A stretch of 64,000 nucleotides of DNA from Octopus sinensis (lineage: Eukaryota). Of this stretch, positions 1 to 12,925 are shown in pieces. Numbering within the stretch: the first letter of the stretch is position 1; every line of letters begins with the position of its first letter. The notes beneath the pieces are model-generated. The model did not search any database and was not told the origin of the DNA. It saw only the letters and a program-made list of their open reading frames with translations. The stretch is taken from NCBI RefSeq assembly GCF_006345805.1, contig NC_043000.1, positions 153,760,001 through 153,824,000 on the forward strand. The letters run 5' to 3'. The position numbers and the translations under genes are program-made.

Positions 1-701
1 TTCGCAAAAATAACAGTCATAAAAAATGGTCTTTCGGCTCCCTCCATATCACTGGGATGGCAAAAGACATGGACTTATTATTATTGAACCAATCACATAA
101 GCCATTTCAACAAGCTGAGCAGATAAAATAAGGTTCTCATAACTTGTCTTGAACTCCAAGAGGACAATCAGAGTATAGCTTATAAATCTTCTTGATCTTT
201 GGTGTTATTGTACGTTTTTTAGCTTTCACAATAATTTGTCCACATACATGACAAAACACATCAGGTCGATTTCTACACTGTTTTGACATTGTTAACACTG
301 TAAAACAAGTAAGGAAATAGATACAAACGGTCGTATTTATATTGAATTTGATATGATGAAATATTTCATCAGACCAATTATGACTGGACAAGTTGAGATG
401 TTGTAATACCTATTTCATCAGACAAAACTTGATTGGTTAATTTAAGATGATGACATATTGCATCTGAACTATACAACAATGAATAATGTACTTTACTTTA
501 AAGGTGCTTCCATGATATAAATGAAATACATGTATACACATCATTAATTGGAATTTCTATATAATACAAAACCAAAATACTTTCTCATCTTGAAAAATGT
601 ACGTGATATCAAAAAACTAATTGTATACTTGAAATCAGCATTAAAAACTACGCTAAGTACACCTTGACATATACTTGATGAAAAATACTTGTTGACCGGT
701 G
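1..701 (-). mobile_element. 5' end of a decayed DNA transposon, superfamily not assigned (Cys-rich N-terminal domain plus terminal region)
   Basis: Minus-strand translation CRNRPDVFCHVCG...IYKLYSDCPLGVQDK continues after stops into FAIPVIWREPKDHF.DCYF, an N-terminal motif I recognise from a widespread animal DNA-transposon protein family. Terminal-looking sequence ...TACTTGTTGACCGGTG ends at 701. Truncated by the window edge. Confidence 0.6.
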
Positions 702-1289
702 ATATTAATCCATAATTCAGCACAATTACTCAATAAACAGCATGAAGTATTCTCTACATGTAAACATAAGCTCTATCGTAACTTTAGATTCTTCCATAGT
801 TCCAAATGTAAGCAAAATCAACACACATAACACTTGCCTATATACATCCTCAGTCGTTACAACACGTCTTTTTTCTTTTCTTACATCAATCAGCATAAGT
901 ATTTTAGAAGTTAGCTAGATGCAATAATCTTTTTAATTTTTAATCTATAATCTTTTACTTTTTAAGTTTTAATTTTTAATTATTTAAATTTTATCCGTTT
1001 TTTCTTTACCCTTTATCCCTTCTCCCTTAATTTAGGCATCTATTTTTAGTTATTTTTTGCCTTCCTTGCTGGCCACCCTCACTCTGTTGTTTGTAAAATG
1101 CCAGTCGACACACATCTGTTGTCATCAACACTATTATTTCTTGAATGAGTACAAAGCTACGCATTCGCATACGCCAGTCGATTGAATTGACCATGAGTAG
1201 GGGTTATTCTCTTGAAAGCAGATTGAAACAGTCTTCTCCGGGCTTGGAGATCGAAATCAGAATGCAAAGATAAGCAACTAAATATTACT

Positions 1290-1690
1290 TTCAAAATTTG
1301 ACAGAAAACCAGAAATTTTGGTACTCATTTTATTGACTCCGAAAAGATGCAAGGTAAAGTCGACCTCGGCGGAACTCAGAACGCGAAGATGGACGAAATG
1401 CCACTAATCATTTTGCCCGGCGTGATAACGATTCTGCCAGCTCACCGTCTGAGTAAGCAAATAAATATTAGCTGCAAATTTTGTCACAAGGCCAACAATT
1501 TCAGGCGGGTAGATAAACCGATTATATCGACCCCAAGGTCCAACTGGTACTTCTTTTTATCGACCTCGAAAGGAATATCAGGCAAAGTCGACCTCGGCAG
1601 AATTGAAGTCAGACTGTGAAGGCAAACATAGTACTGTTATCACTTTGCCCGGCGTGCTAACGATTCTGCCAGCTCGGCGCTTTGATAAGC
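1290..1690 (-). mobile_element. Two degenerate copies of tRNA-derived SINE family A (older 3' type)
   Basis: Reverse-complement matches to the GGCGGYGAGCTGGCAGAATCGTTA...CCGAGGTCGACTTTGCCTTTCATCC head found throughout the window. Confidence 0.8.
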
Positions 1691-1740
1691 AACTAAATAT
1701 TAATATTCCACGTATACGGCTTATATTGTTTCTGATGCTT

Positions 1741-2390
1741 AAAGCAGTGAGTAGGCAGAATCGTTATCAGACCGAGCAAAATGATTTGCGGTATTTCGTC
1801 TGCCGCTACGTTCTGAGTTCAAATTCCGCGGAGGTCGACTTTGCCTTTCATCCTTTCGGGGTCAATTAAATAAGTACCTATTTCTTTACTACACACAAGG
1901 GGCTAAACTCAGAGGGGACAAACGAGGACAGACAAACGGATTAAGTCGATTACATCGACCCCAGTACGTAACTGGTACTTATTTAATCGACCCCGAAAGG
2001 ATGAAAGGCAAAGTCGACCTCGGCGGAATCTGAACTCAGAACGTAACGGCAGACGAAATACGGTTACGCATTTCGCCCGACGTGCTAACGTTTCTGCCAG
2101 CTCGCCGCCTTTTATTAAAATAAGTACCAGTTACGCACTGGGGTCGATATAATCGACTTAATCCGTTTGTCTGTCCTTGTTTGTCGCCTCTGCGTGTAGC
2201 CCTTGTTGGCAGTAAAGAAATAGGTATTTTGTCCGTCCTTACGTTATAAGTTCAAATTCCGCTGAAGTCAGGTTTACCTCTCCTCCTTTCGGTGTCTATG
2301 AAATAAATACCAGTTTCGCACTGGGAGAAATGTAATCAACTAGCTCTTCCCCTAAAATTTCAGGCCTTGTGCTATAGTGGAAAAGATTAT
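1741..2390. mobile_element. Nested cluster of SINE family A copies (minus copy about 1879-2110 inside a plus copy, joined to an older copy)
   Basis: 11-bp duplication AAATAAGTACC at 1868-1878 and 2118-2128 flanks the minus copy. The outer copy's 3' end AAGAAATA joins GGTATTTTGTCCG of an older copy at about 2223. Confidence 0.9.
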
Positions 2391-2586
2391 TTCTGATGCT
2401 TCGGTGTAAGGTAACAGATATTAAGGTAGTTGTGTAATACAGTAAGCGATTTATGAACAAAACTGAAAATAAAAGAAACGTACAACGGGACAAAGTGAGT
2501 ATGTTATGTTGTGAAAGGAGAAAAAAAATGACATGGCGACTCGGGGAACTTATCCTGTATTGTGTGAGACAGAGAAGAGATGAAAA

Positions 2587-2950
2587 TGAATTTGATTCGG
2601 TGCCAAAGATTCCAACATCACCATCAAAATACAGGACCAGATACTGCAACAGCTTGGGTTTCAAAGGACCACAGCTCTTTAACATCTTCCCTAAATGCCT
2701 GAGAGACTTACATGGTGTGGATGTGGGTTTCTTTAAAACTAAACTAGATCTCTTCTTGTCGGGAGTCCCAGATGAACCTACGTCACGACAGGAGACGCGG
2801 ATGCAGGCAGCAGCATCGAACTCCCTTGTTGATCAAGTGCCACGTATCAGAGGTGGATTCACATATTAGTGTAGCTCATTCAGCGGTGGTGCCCCAGCAT
2901 GGCCGCGGCCTTCGGGCTAAAAACATTTTTAAGGATTTAAGGATTTAAGG
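2587..2950 (+). mobile_element. 3' end of a 5'-truncated CR1/L2/Jockey-group LINE (ORF2 C-terminus, 3' UTR, tandem tail)
   Basis: Translation NSLGFKGPQLFNIFPKCLRDLHGVDVGFFKTKLDLFLSGVPDEP...AASNSLVDQ fits the LINE ORF2 C-terminal motif. Followed by a short hairpin and an (AGGATTTA)n tail. Confidence 0.8.
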
Positions 2951-4211
2951 GTCTGATTATAGACGTAATTGGCTGCTATTTCTAACGTATAGAAATGTTT
3001 CGGTCTCATTACTGTTATTGTTATTCCTGTTATTGTAAGAGGCAAAGACATTTACATATTTACGCATGCGTTCTCTTTCTTGTGGTTGTTACTGTCAACG
3101 TTTGATGTTGATGTCGCTCTTACTGATGCTGTGCCTTGCTTTTGCTGCTCTTTCTCATCGTAATTTCCTTTTTCTTTTTCGTTATCTTCTTGTTTCTTAT
3201 TTTTCCTACTTCATCATCATTACTATCTACTTCATCGTCATCATTCCTTATTTTTCATCCTCCCCCTCCTCCTCCTTCTCGTCCTTCTTTTTCTTTTCTC
3301 CTCCTCCTCCCGCTTTTCTGTCTTCTTTTTGCTGTATATCTTCTTGTTGTTGTTGTTGTTGGAGCTGCAGTGTCAGAAAGTACACTTGTCTAGCTGGGGC
3401 AGGCAATATATAACATGTCAACATCGGTAAAATGCCAATGACGGTACCCCTACCAAAAAAACAAAAAATATATATATATGTAAAAAAGGAAAGATCAGTA
3501 ATATAGCTTACACATACATATATACACACATAACACGCACGCAGACACACATACATGTACAAACGCACACATGCACGCACACAGACATATGTGTCTCTTT
3601 GTAGATGCGTAAACGTTGCTCATCCGCCAGTATATAAATAAATATATATCTATATATATAAATAGAAATATTAAGTACATATATGTATATGTTTGAATTA
3701 CATATACACGCACACATGCACACTCACTCATGCATACACACACAGAAACATATATAAATATGCATATATATGTATGTATGTCTTAATATATATATGTATA
3801 TATATATATACATAAATGTATGTATGTATTATGTATATCATGCCACTTTCTCTGTGTGTATATATGTGAGAAGTCTGCATATTTCTGGTAGAAATTCTTT
3901 GACCCTAAATTATCAAAATACACGTTAGAAATAACTTGTACGCTCAATTTCAAATATAAAGGGCGCCCATACTACATTGCGTATGATTTAAGTGTAATAG
4001 CTCTATTGGTGCTGCTCAGTTTTTACTAGCGTGACTATTTGCCTTATGAAAATATAAATTTAACAAGAAAATATGTCCTAGTCAAACCGTTGCTAAGGAT
4101 ACAGTGATGAGTTGAACATCAACAAAAGTGTAATAATATATGCGCTATCAGAAATAAAACAATCGAAATTGAACAACAGAAATAATGTTGTAACTGTTAG
4201 TAAATTTTTAG

Positions 4212-4341
4212 TGTTTACAAATAATGGCATTAGATCGATTGCGACAGATGAGCTGATTCGAAATGCTTTGCGGTATTTAGATTTGGGTCAAAGTTCAAAT
4301 TTTATTGAATATAAACTCAAGCTTCCGTTTTACAAGGGAAG
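4212..4341 (+). CDS. Candidate internal exon of an unidentified host gene (FTNNGIRSIATDELIRNALRYLDLGQSSNFIEYKLKLPFYKG)
   Basis: Acceptor ...AAATTTTTAG before 4212, donor AAG|GTAAAA after 4341. 130 bp, open frame, non-repetitive composition. No protein family recognised. Confidence 0.4.
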
Positions 4342-4439
4342 GTAAAACATAGCAATCAAATATGGATTTGATTAGTCAACCCTATAGCAATATTAAAAGA
4401 GAGTTGGGATTAGAATTATGAAAGTGAAAGAAGACGGTC

Positions 4440-7400
4440 TTGGTTTAGATTATATCATCTTTTATTCTCGCATTGTTTCTACCAGGGTTAACTTAATTAA
4501 AATGGAAAAGAAATCTAAACAGGAAACAGGAAAATAATCGCAGTATTTAGGATACAGAAGCGAAAATTGAAAACACGAAGATCAAATTTACCAAGAATAC
4601 TGAGCGATAGGAGCATTATGCAAAAAGAAAACTATTATACAACATCTAGCGAGGAAGAGTGGAACACTCGCACGAATAGCTACAAAAAAATGAAACAAAA
4701 CAAAACAAAAAAAAATACTAATTTCTGATGTCAAGAATGGAAAAATATATATATATAAAACAGAAGCTAAATTAAACCATAGTTACCAGACCTGGTAAGA
4801 TTATTTTCACCAGTAGTCTGTCTCTTGCATGTTCTACATAACTGGAGCCCATCTCCACTCATATCTGTACTTAATCTTTTCTTAATTCTTCTTGAAGTTC
4901 TTTCAAATAGCTTCAAAATACGAACAAAATAAAAGAACAAAACTCGCCAAGGTAGACAGTTTATATAAATCAGGGACTGGGTGACATACTGTTGTGAAGA
5001 GAAAGTAGAAACGTCAACATTTGATGATTTAAAAAACCAACAAACTAAAATATGGGATAAAAATGAGGTTACAGAATGTTATACTAAGGGGATAGATAGA
5101 AAATCCTTCCATCAAATACCTGAAAATTCCGAAAATAAAAGAGAGAAAAAAATGCTTGCGCTGGTAGAAAAGCGCAGGATTTTTTTTTAAGTGCTATAGA
5201 GTGTATAGAGCCTTCCCACCAGAAACTACTAAAGTATCTGCGCATATGTAGATATTGGGAAGGTGAACATTATTTCTTGCTTCTCAGTCTTAGCTCAGAG
5301 AGAATACATATGCAAATACGACACAGTTGGGCTTTCATACATTGGAAACTAATGAAACTTTATTCAATAATGACAGGAAAAAGGATGCTATAAACATATA
5401 TCGGAAAGGATGACAAAGTGCCTGTAACTGAGTTATGCTATTCTGTATAGCTAAAAATATCGAGTTTACCGATTATTATTGCAAAGTATTACTTTTGTAG
5501 GAATATTACACCCGACAGTAGTAATATGTCGCTTAGAGAACTGGAAAAAATCAATCAAATATAAAGAAATCTTTTGATAGTTCCCCCACACGTCCTTCTC
5601 AGAAAAATTAACTAAGTAAAACAAATAACTAATCGATGCATTAAACACATCATGAGTAAATGATAAACAACTCTACTGATAGAGGCAAAAGAGAGAATTA
5701 TTTATAAAGGAAAATAAAGCAGGTTTATAAGATGAACATTTTAAAGGTACTTTCACCTCCATCCCTCTTCTGCCACTTAATAAACGTGTTAAACCAGACT
5801 GGAATCATATACAAATACTGCTGGAAGACAAACAAGCACCTTTTGTATACGGGAGGCCTAAATTTTACTCTACATATGATAAGCAAAGAGAAACACTGCT
5901 ACAGATACTGCATGGATCTGCTGCAAGAAATAGTTTGAGACTGGGAGCTGAAATTTCGCTTTGTCAACTTTGAATAGAATAAAATTAATAAAGAACACTA
6001 AATTTATATTTATAAAGTAACAGAAATAAAGGAATTAGAGGAAACAAAAGAAAAATAATTAGGAATCAATGAAATATTAGAAACGCATTAACATTGAAAG
6101 CAAAGATAAATGGAAAAAAAACAGGTAACGAATAGCAGAAATAATATGAAATTATAATTTTCTAATTTAAACACAAAATGTATTACCAAGAAACTACGAA
6201 GCAAGAGGAGTGGCTGTGTGGTAAGTAGCTTGCTAACCAACCACATGGTCGCGGGTTCAGACCCACTGCGTGGCATCTTGGGAAAGTGTCTTCTGCTGTA
6301 GCCCCGGGCCGACCAATGCCTTCTGAGTGGATTTGGTAGACAGAAACTGAAAGAAGCCTGTCGTATATATGTATATATATATATGGGGGGGTCTCGTTTG
6401 TCCCCCAAGCATTGCTTGGCAACCGATGCTGGTGTGTTTATGTCCCCGTTACTTAGCGGTTCGGCAAAAGAGACCGATAGAATAAGTACTGGGCTTGCAA
6501 AAAGAATAAGTCCCGGGGTCGAGTTGCTCGATTAAAGGCGGTGCTCCAGCATGGCCGCAGTCCAAATGACTGAAACAAGTAAAAAAGTAAAAGAGTAAAT
6601 GTAGGTTCTTTCTGCAACTAGAAAGCAATTGTAAACTATCCTCTATAGGATAATGAAACAGATTGTAAACAACAATGGAAATCCTATGAAAATACCTGCT
6701 TAACATGAAGTAAACAAAACAAAGTTTAGAAGCTAACAAATACAAAACAGAGGTTGAAGTAAAACAAAAAAGACGGTAGCAAAGGGAAACAACGATAGGA
6801 AGTACCAATATGTTTGAAAAAAGTTTAAAAACAAGACTACAGAACCTAATACTAAAATGATGGTAAAAATGTTATTGCGTGGCCAATACGAGCAAAACAA
6901 ATTAATAGAAATAAACGTAGAAAATAGCAGCACTGACATGCTTCAAAACTGAGATTTTCCTTCCATAAACTACAAAGGTATGTGATGAAGTAGAATTCAC
7001 TAATTAGGTACATTTTGTCATTGGCTGCTCAACCTTATCCAAAGTAGAATATACCTACAGACATGACAGATTTGGGGAGTATATAATTTATATGTTATAC
7101 CACCATTATGAAAACAACAAAAAAAAATAATAATAAATAGAATGAGGTAGTAACGTCTGAGATCAGACAAAGCGAGCAAACTCTGGTATACACCAATCAC
7201 ATCAACCACGGAGATTAACATCTTTCAGTTATTGTTCTGGGGGAGAATTAAGAAAGTAAGTTATTCCTGAGTGACTTGTCAATCCCAAAATATAATGTAT
7301 CTAGAAAAGAAATGCAGAGATTGTTCAAATACAAGGAACTGGAAATTAGGCTAAATAAAATTTAGGAGCAGGACACAAACAATCTCTAACAATAGATAAT

Positions 7401-7620
7401 TTGGAAATGATTTTAAAAGAACATACAGAAAAATGCGTAACTAAAACTCCAAAGACTAGCATTACCAAGTACAGCATACATACTACATCGAATACTTTCA
7501 ATATGATTTTTTTCTGAAATTCCTAACAAAATACTGTTTATACTCAAGGCATAATGAGCTGCAATTGGTGGTGCAATAGAAGCACTCAGTGAAAATAACA
7601 TGATTGTATAATAGTATAAA
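4440..7620 (+). mobile_element. Highly decayed R4-clade (RLE-type) non-LTR retrotransposon, interrupted by a SINE-B
   Basis: Remnant motifs in order: LSP..FC..VLNQTG...HLLY (RT, about 5750-5860); HFVIGCSTLSKVEYTYRHDR (zinc knuckle, about 7010-7070); LSDLSIPKYNVSRKEMQRLFKYKELEI (RLE, about 7270-7350); LPSTAYILHRILSI (C-terminus). Many stops and frameshifts. Confidence 0.65.
6205..6598 (+). mobile_element. SINE family B, full length (tRNA-like head, CORE-like centre, internal microsatellite, LINE-derived tail)
   Basis: GGAGTGGCTGTGTGGTAAG...GGGTTCAGACCC head, CTTGGGAAAGTG centre, GGTGCTCCAGCATGGCCGC...GAAACAAGTAAAA tail. More than 10 homologous copies in the window. Confidence 0.9.
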
Positions 7621-8139
7621 AATGATAATTGTTTCGGATTTTTGGTCAAGGCCAGCGGTTTTAGAATGAAAGGATGAACTGATTACATCCAACCAAGTAT
7701 TTGGCCGGTACTTTATTTTATCGATCGCTGAGTTGAACTCGGCAAAATTTCAACACAAAACGTAAACAATCAGAACAGCAATCTCAAAACATTTTACCTG
7801 ACGCACTAATATTAATAAGGGTTTCAAATTTTCGTAGACGGCTAGCAATTTTAGGGGAAGGAGTAAGTCATGAACAGTTTTTGCCAGGTTTTTTCCACAT
7901 TTTAATCAACAAATCCTCGTTGCTCTTCTAGACTTTTCATTTTTCAGCTGACAAGAAATTTCCAAGAGTACAAAACACACGTTCACTCTTCCACGTGTAG
8001 GTCGATAACTGACTGATTCGATGGTCGTATCTGAGGATATTCAGTTGCTAACAAACTAGTAGACGATAAGTTGTTCAAAATTTTCAATGTTTAATCGCTG
8101 AGCCTCAGAAAGATTAGATCATATGAACCACTCTCTGTC

Positions 8140-8147
8140 TCTCAGTC

Positions 8148-8228
<81 letters not shown>
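8140..8228. repeat. (CTGT)n/(CT)n microsatellite
   Basis: Direct reading. Confidence 0.95.
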
Positions 8229-8233
<5 letters not shown>

Positions 8234-8384
8234 CGTACGTATACGGAAAGCGTGTGTTACGGAAAGCGTGCGTATAAAATTATAGAATTATTTTGCTTGT
8301 TAATTGTTTAAATTATTTTCCATTGGTTTCGTTTTTTTTACACACGTAACAATTAAACTAATTTAACAATTAAGAAAAAAAAAT

Positions 8385-8426
8385 TTAGGGTTAGGGTTAG
8401 GGTTAGGGTGAGGTTTAGGGTTAGTG
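8385..8426 (+). repeat. Short interstitial telomere-like (TTAGGG)n tract
   Basis: (TTAGGG)4, TGAGGT, TTAGGG, TTAGTG read directly. Confidence 0.9.
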
Positions 8427-8848
8427 ACAGGATGTTGTCTCAGTTTTAGATGCAGCAAATGATTTTAGCTCAATTAGAGGCGATTCATTGGTTAAAATTC
8501 GAAAAATTAAACTACGTTAAACAAACGAAATACAATTTTATCAAGAAAGCCAAGAGAAAAAAATGTTTTATTTTGACACATTCTACCAGTATACGAAGTT
8601 TTAAAGTGTTTAGTTAACTAGAAATCGTGTGCCGTTCAAAAGGAAAAGATCCGAAACTTCGAAATAGCTGATAATTTTTCTGAAATACAATAAACATAAA
8701 TGCCTATGAATTCTGTTTTACTATTTTTTCCGCTTTCCTTCTCTCCTTTTTCTCACTCTGTCTCTCCCTGTTATATATACACATACATGCATATACACAT
8801 ATGTATACACACACAGACACATATACACATTTACATATGTGAATATAC

Positions 8849-8882
<34 letters not shown>

Positions 8883-9435
8883 TATACGCTCTCAATAAAA
8901 GCACATATATAAATATACATACACTCATACGAATAGGAATACTTTTGCATACAAACGTGGGGGAACTTACAAATATATAATGATGAGCGCGTACGCACAC
9001 ACACGCTCGCACGCACGAATACACATATTTCTATGTGTTCGTTGGTGTTATATATATGTGCAATTGTGAATAAATACATATGTACATACATCTCTGTGTT
9101 AGAATACAGTTATGTTCTGAAGATTGCTTCTGAATCTGAAAATATAAAATTTCACACTGAAGCATAGTTTTGAAGAAAACATTATTTACTTCGGTCACCT
9201 GCAGAAGCCATCGAAACACAATTAAATTATATATTAACTGTAGCCAGATGTCGATGTTAGATATAGTTCGTGCACATATACTACGTATTCTGTACAAAAC
9301 AAAATATCAAATAGCCGTAAATATAACAAGTGCAACAGACAGAAACATATCTCTATCTGGTCCTCTAAATATTTTCCGAATGCTAATTTGTAACTCCAGT
9401 AAATGATATGTTGTGTAATAGCGCTATATATCTAA

Positions 9436-9824
9436 CTAGCAGTATCGCCCGGCGTTGCTCGGGTTTGTAAGGGAAATAACTATATAAGCATTTTTAGAGA
9501 GTTATAGCAAAAAAATGCATTAAAAATGGAAAAGAAATTATGGTAATTTTTTTTTAAATCGTTGACTCATCGTAGACATTTTTAGAGAGTTACTTCCCTT
9601 ATATAAAAGCGAAAAAATGCATTAAAATGGAAAAAAAAATGATGGTAAATTTTTTTTAAAATCGTAGACTCATCGTAGACGCGCGCTAATACCCAGAAGG
9701 GCTCGATATGAATCACGACTATAAGATACCCGGTTTTTGGTTAAACTGCACCACAAAATGTGGGAGTAGTTAGGAATCTAAATCGTAGGAGACAGACACA
9801 CAACTTCTCTTTTATATATAAAGA
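9436..9824 (-). mobile_element. Non-autonomous Helitron
   Basis: On the minus strand: A|TCTTTATATATAAAAG ... CCCGAGCAACGCCGGG hairpin ... CTAG|T. Canonical 5'-TC, 3'-CTAG, AT target, no TSD. Confidence 0.8.
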
Positions 9825-9890
9825 TATTTCTTTGGATATGATACTGGAATACGAACCAATGAGTTTTGAGCTCAAATCTATTTTAGATTT

Positions 9891-10473
9891 ATGAACATTT
9901 AAGGTGGTTTTAGGGTCAGGGTTTCCATTGCTATTTAAGCATGGTGGTATCTCTCAGATACCCTAATTTATAGTTTTAAATAATTATTACCTTTGTATGG
10001 TACTTATTCCCATGCTGGTCAGTTGATAAGATCGATATTGAAATATCGATATTATCCTTATTTATAATTTTATATAATTCGTCATTGTATTCACTGCGGT
10101 GTTTATTTTGACCATATCGCGCGTGGAAATATTTGGCGGGAAATTTAATCTAGTCTTGTACATAAGTGCATATATATATATATATGTATGTATGAGCATT
10201 CGTATATGTAAGTATAAAGTATGTTCTGTGTATATATATCTTTATTTATGTGCTTATCTGGTATATTCAACGGAAGAAGGCAGAGCTTCTCTGAAGCAAA
10301 GCCAGAAATCCAAGATCTTGAATTATCCAGTAAAATCTTTTTTGCTAGTTTATTTTGTCTCTCTGTCTTCTCTGCTGGCGCGATATGAACATTTAAGGTG
10401 GTTTTAGGGTCAAGGCTTTTATTGCTATTTCAGCATGGTGGTATCTCTCAGATACCCTAATTTGTAGTTTTAA

Positions 10474-10478
<5 letters not shown>
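9891..10478 (+). mobile_element. 494-bp repeat unit with ~95-bp terminal redundancy containing a hammerhead-like motif
   Basis: ATGAACATTTAAGGTGG...ATACCCTAATTT at 9891 and again at 10385. Motif at 10265-10323. Ends at a (TA)n tract. Confidence 0.6.
10265..10323 (+). ncRNA. Type-I hammerhead-like motif with one core substitution (CGGAAGA)
   Basis: Stem I ATTCAA/TTGAAT; stem II GGC/GCC with inner GCTTC/GAAGC; GAAA; stem III ATC/GAT; AUC cleavage triplet at 10317. Confidence 0.6.
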
Positions 10479-10567
<89 letters not shown>

Positions 10568-10978
10568 CATACATACATACATAGATATGAAGGTACTTCT
10601 TTGTGTAGCATGTGATTTGAAGGATATTCGTCTTCTATATTAAGTTGGGCGAACAGCTACAGAGAGTCTCTCAATAGATCTATTTTTTATAGGTGTGCAT
10701 AATGAAGTCATATGACTGCAGAATTGCGATTTTTTGTTGTAGAAATCTTTTCAATTTAGTTCATTCGTAACTCATTCGCTTATGCAGCAGTTCATAGACA
10801 TTAATGCAAAACTGTTTCTGAAATATCACTTTTCTCTCTTGATAACTGAATAAACGTCTGTTTTGAATTTGACATTGATATCATGCAGTAGTATGTACAA
10901 TATCTTCATTGGCGTCGAAATGATTGGCAGATTTGGTAAAGTGCAGGAAAAACATTCTTTGCTGTATTTCATTACGTT

Positions 10979-11109
<131 letters not shown>

Positions 11110-11559
11110 CTGAGTTAAAATCCCACGGGAAGCAACTTTGCCTTTCAACCTACTAGGTTTCATAAAACAGGTGCCTGTCAAATACAGGGTTAATATAATC
11201 GACAAGGCAATGCAGTTAAAAAGATAGCTACGTGTCTACATTATAGGAAAAAGAAAGTTGTGTGTTGCACTTGCAGTTGTAAATGTGTGATTGACATCCA
11301 AATACTTGGAATTAGCTGTGGGAAATGCTTAACTACAATTGCATAAAATTCATAATTACATAAAAACAATTCCATAAAATTTTTGTCCGGAGAGAACACA
11401 AATCTATCACGTTATACATTTCCAGAAATTCGACAATCAATTTTCGCAGTTTCTTTCGAGATAACAGACACAAATAGAAGAAACGCCAGTTCCGCTCAAT
11501 TGAATGCCAGTTTGGATCTACTCTTGCATTTTGGTAGTTTCACGTTGATCCGAGACAGC

Positions 11560-11663
11560 GATCATAGTGCCAAATGGCCCATTATGATCACTGAGCCAAA
11601 TATTCCATTGTAGTCACGATGCCAAATGAGCCATTGTGATCACAGTGTCAAATGGGTCATTGT
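11560..11663 (+). repeat. Degenerate 26-bp minisatellite, 4 copies
   Basis: GATCATAGTGCCAAATGGCCCATTAT / GATCACTGAGCCAAATATTCCATTGT / AGTCACGATGCCAAATGAGCCATTGT / GATCACAGTGTCAAATGGGTCATTGT. Confidence 0.8.
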
Positions 11664-12652
11664 GGCGTTGTGATGGAGAGGCACCCGGTCCGATTAATGG
11701 TGTCCGTCGATATTGACACCATGGAAGTAGATTGAATACTCTGAAGGGTAAGCAACAACACACTTATTGAATTTTCCGTGCTACTTCACGCGAATTGTGA
11801 TACAGTGAGTTATCGATGCGAAGGACTGATAACGAGTAAAAATGCACCATGGTGAGTATAGAAACTACTTACGCGAACACAAGTGTCAGAGGCCACAGGG
11901 ATAGGCACTTGAATGAGAAAACCGAAATGGGAAAGGCTTCGTACTAATGGAGATCAAACACATGTTGAAAAGCTCTATGACAGACACCAGATATGTTATT
12001 GTAGCTGTTGCGCATGGCTAACCTTACATCAAAGAGAAAATAGGTTAATATTAATCGAAACTTCATATATTGCTCAATCAAAAACATTTATGTTTAAACT
12101 TCGAAACAAGTAGCTGGGTAAAATATCGATCCAAATATATCTCGAAATTAAACGGTTGGCTGTCTATTAGTATCTCATGGAATTAAACTGTCCATCTTCA
12201 TACAATATTCCGATATATGACGCTTTATTAAGCAATGCGGCAAAACGACTTGCTTCCAGCGTTCAGCTATAACAAGAACTTCACTGTCGTCTAACTTTTT
12301 CCCCTTAAGTCTAATTAAGTAGACAAAATGCGATTGCATTTCGTAATGTTACTTAGATAATTTGTATCTTACCTATCACCATATATTCCACATGAATAGT
12401 TACGACTATGGTTGGTTAAGTTTCATCGAAAACCAATAGTACACAGAAATCTATCCATCAACATATCGTCATATAAACATAAAAATATTTGCCATCATTA
12501 GCCTATGAGAATGTATCGTAGCTCTTCGCTCCGCCATTCAAAACTCTGAGTACTATAATGACAAACTTATACTGTTTGTTTTAATTTATAGCTTATATAA
12601 ATAATCCTCTATTTCTCTAATATCGAGGTCTAATTATTTTGTTGTTACATTT

Positions 12653-12684
<32 letters not shown>

Positions 12685-12688
<4 letters not shown>

Positions 12689-12925
12689 AAAAAAAAGTCA
12701 AGGTAGAAAATGTAGAAAACACTAAAATAATTTTATAAAAAACATTTCAGTACCGGTTTCAGCCATTGACACTTTTTCAACTGTAACAATTAAATAATTA
12801 AATTTAGAAAAATTAAAAGAAAAGTTTCTTTTAAAAGAATATTTGTATAGTGTTCAAATACAAGAGGCATTTTCCTTGTTTCTGCCTTTCTCTGTCTCTC
12901 TTGTTTACTCTTGTAAACATATGCA
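12685..12925 (-). mobile_element. (TA)n-anchored short repeat, homologous to 27475-27700
   Basis: Clear alignment to the copy at about 27475 (TTTCAGTACCGGTTTC...TTTTCAACTGTAAC.ATTAAATAATTAAATTTAGAAAAATTA). Confidence 0.75.
12748..12783 (-). ncRNA. Minimal type-I hammerhead-like motif, U3-A8 variant
   Basis: Minus strand: CAG TTGAAAA AGT GTCAATG GCT GAA ACCGGT A CTG. Confidence 0.6.

Noticed and set aside
4981-5000. GTGAAGA...GAAACGTC hammerhead-like string at about 4990-5020
   Set aside because: C3 is absent, there is no stem II pairing, and it lies within the decayed R4 ORF; likely chance.
8385-8426. Telomere or chromosome-fusion site
   Set aside because: Only about 7 units, single orientation, with ordinary repeat DNA on both sides.
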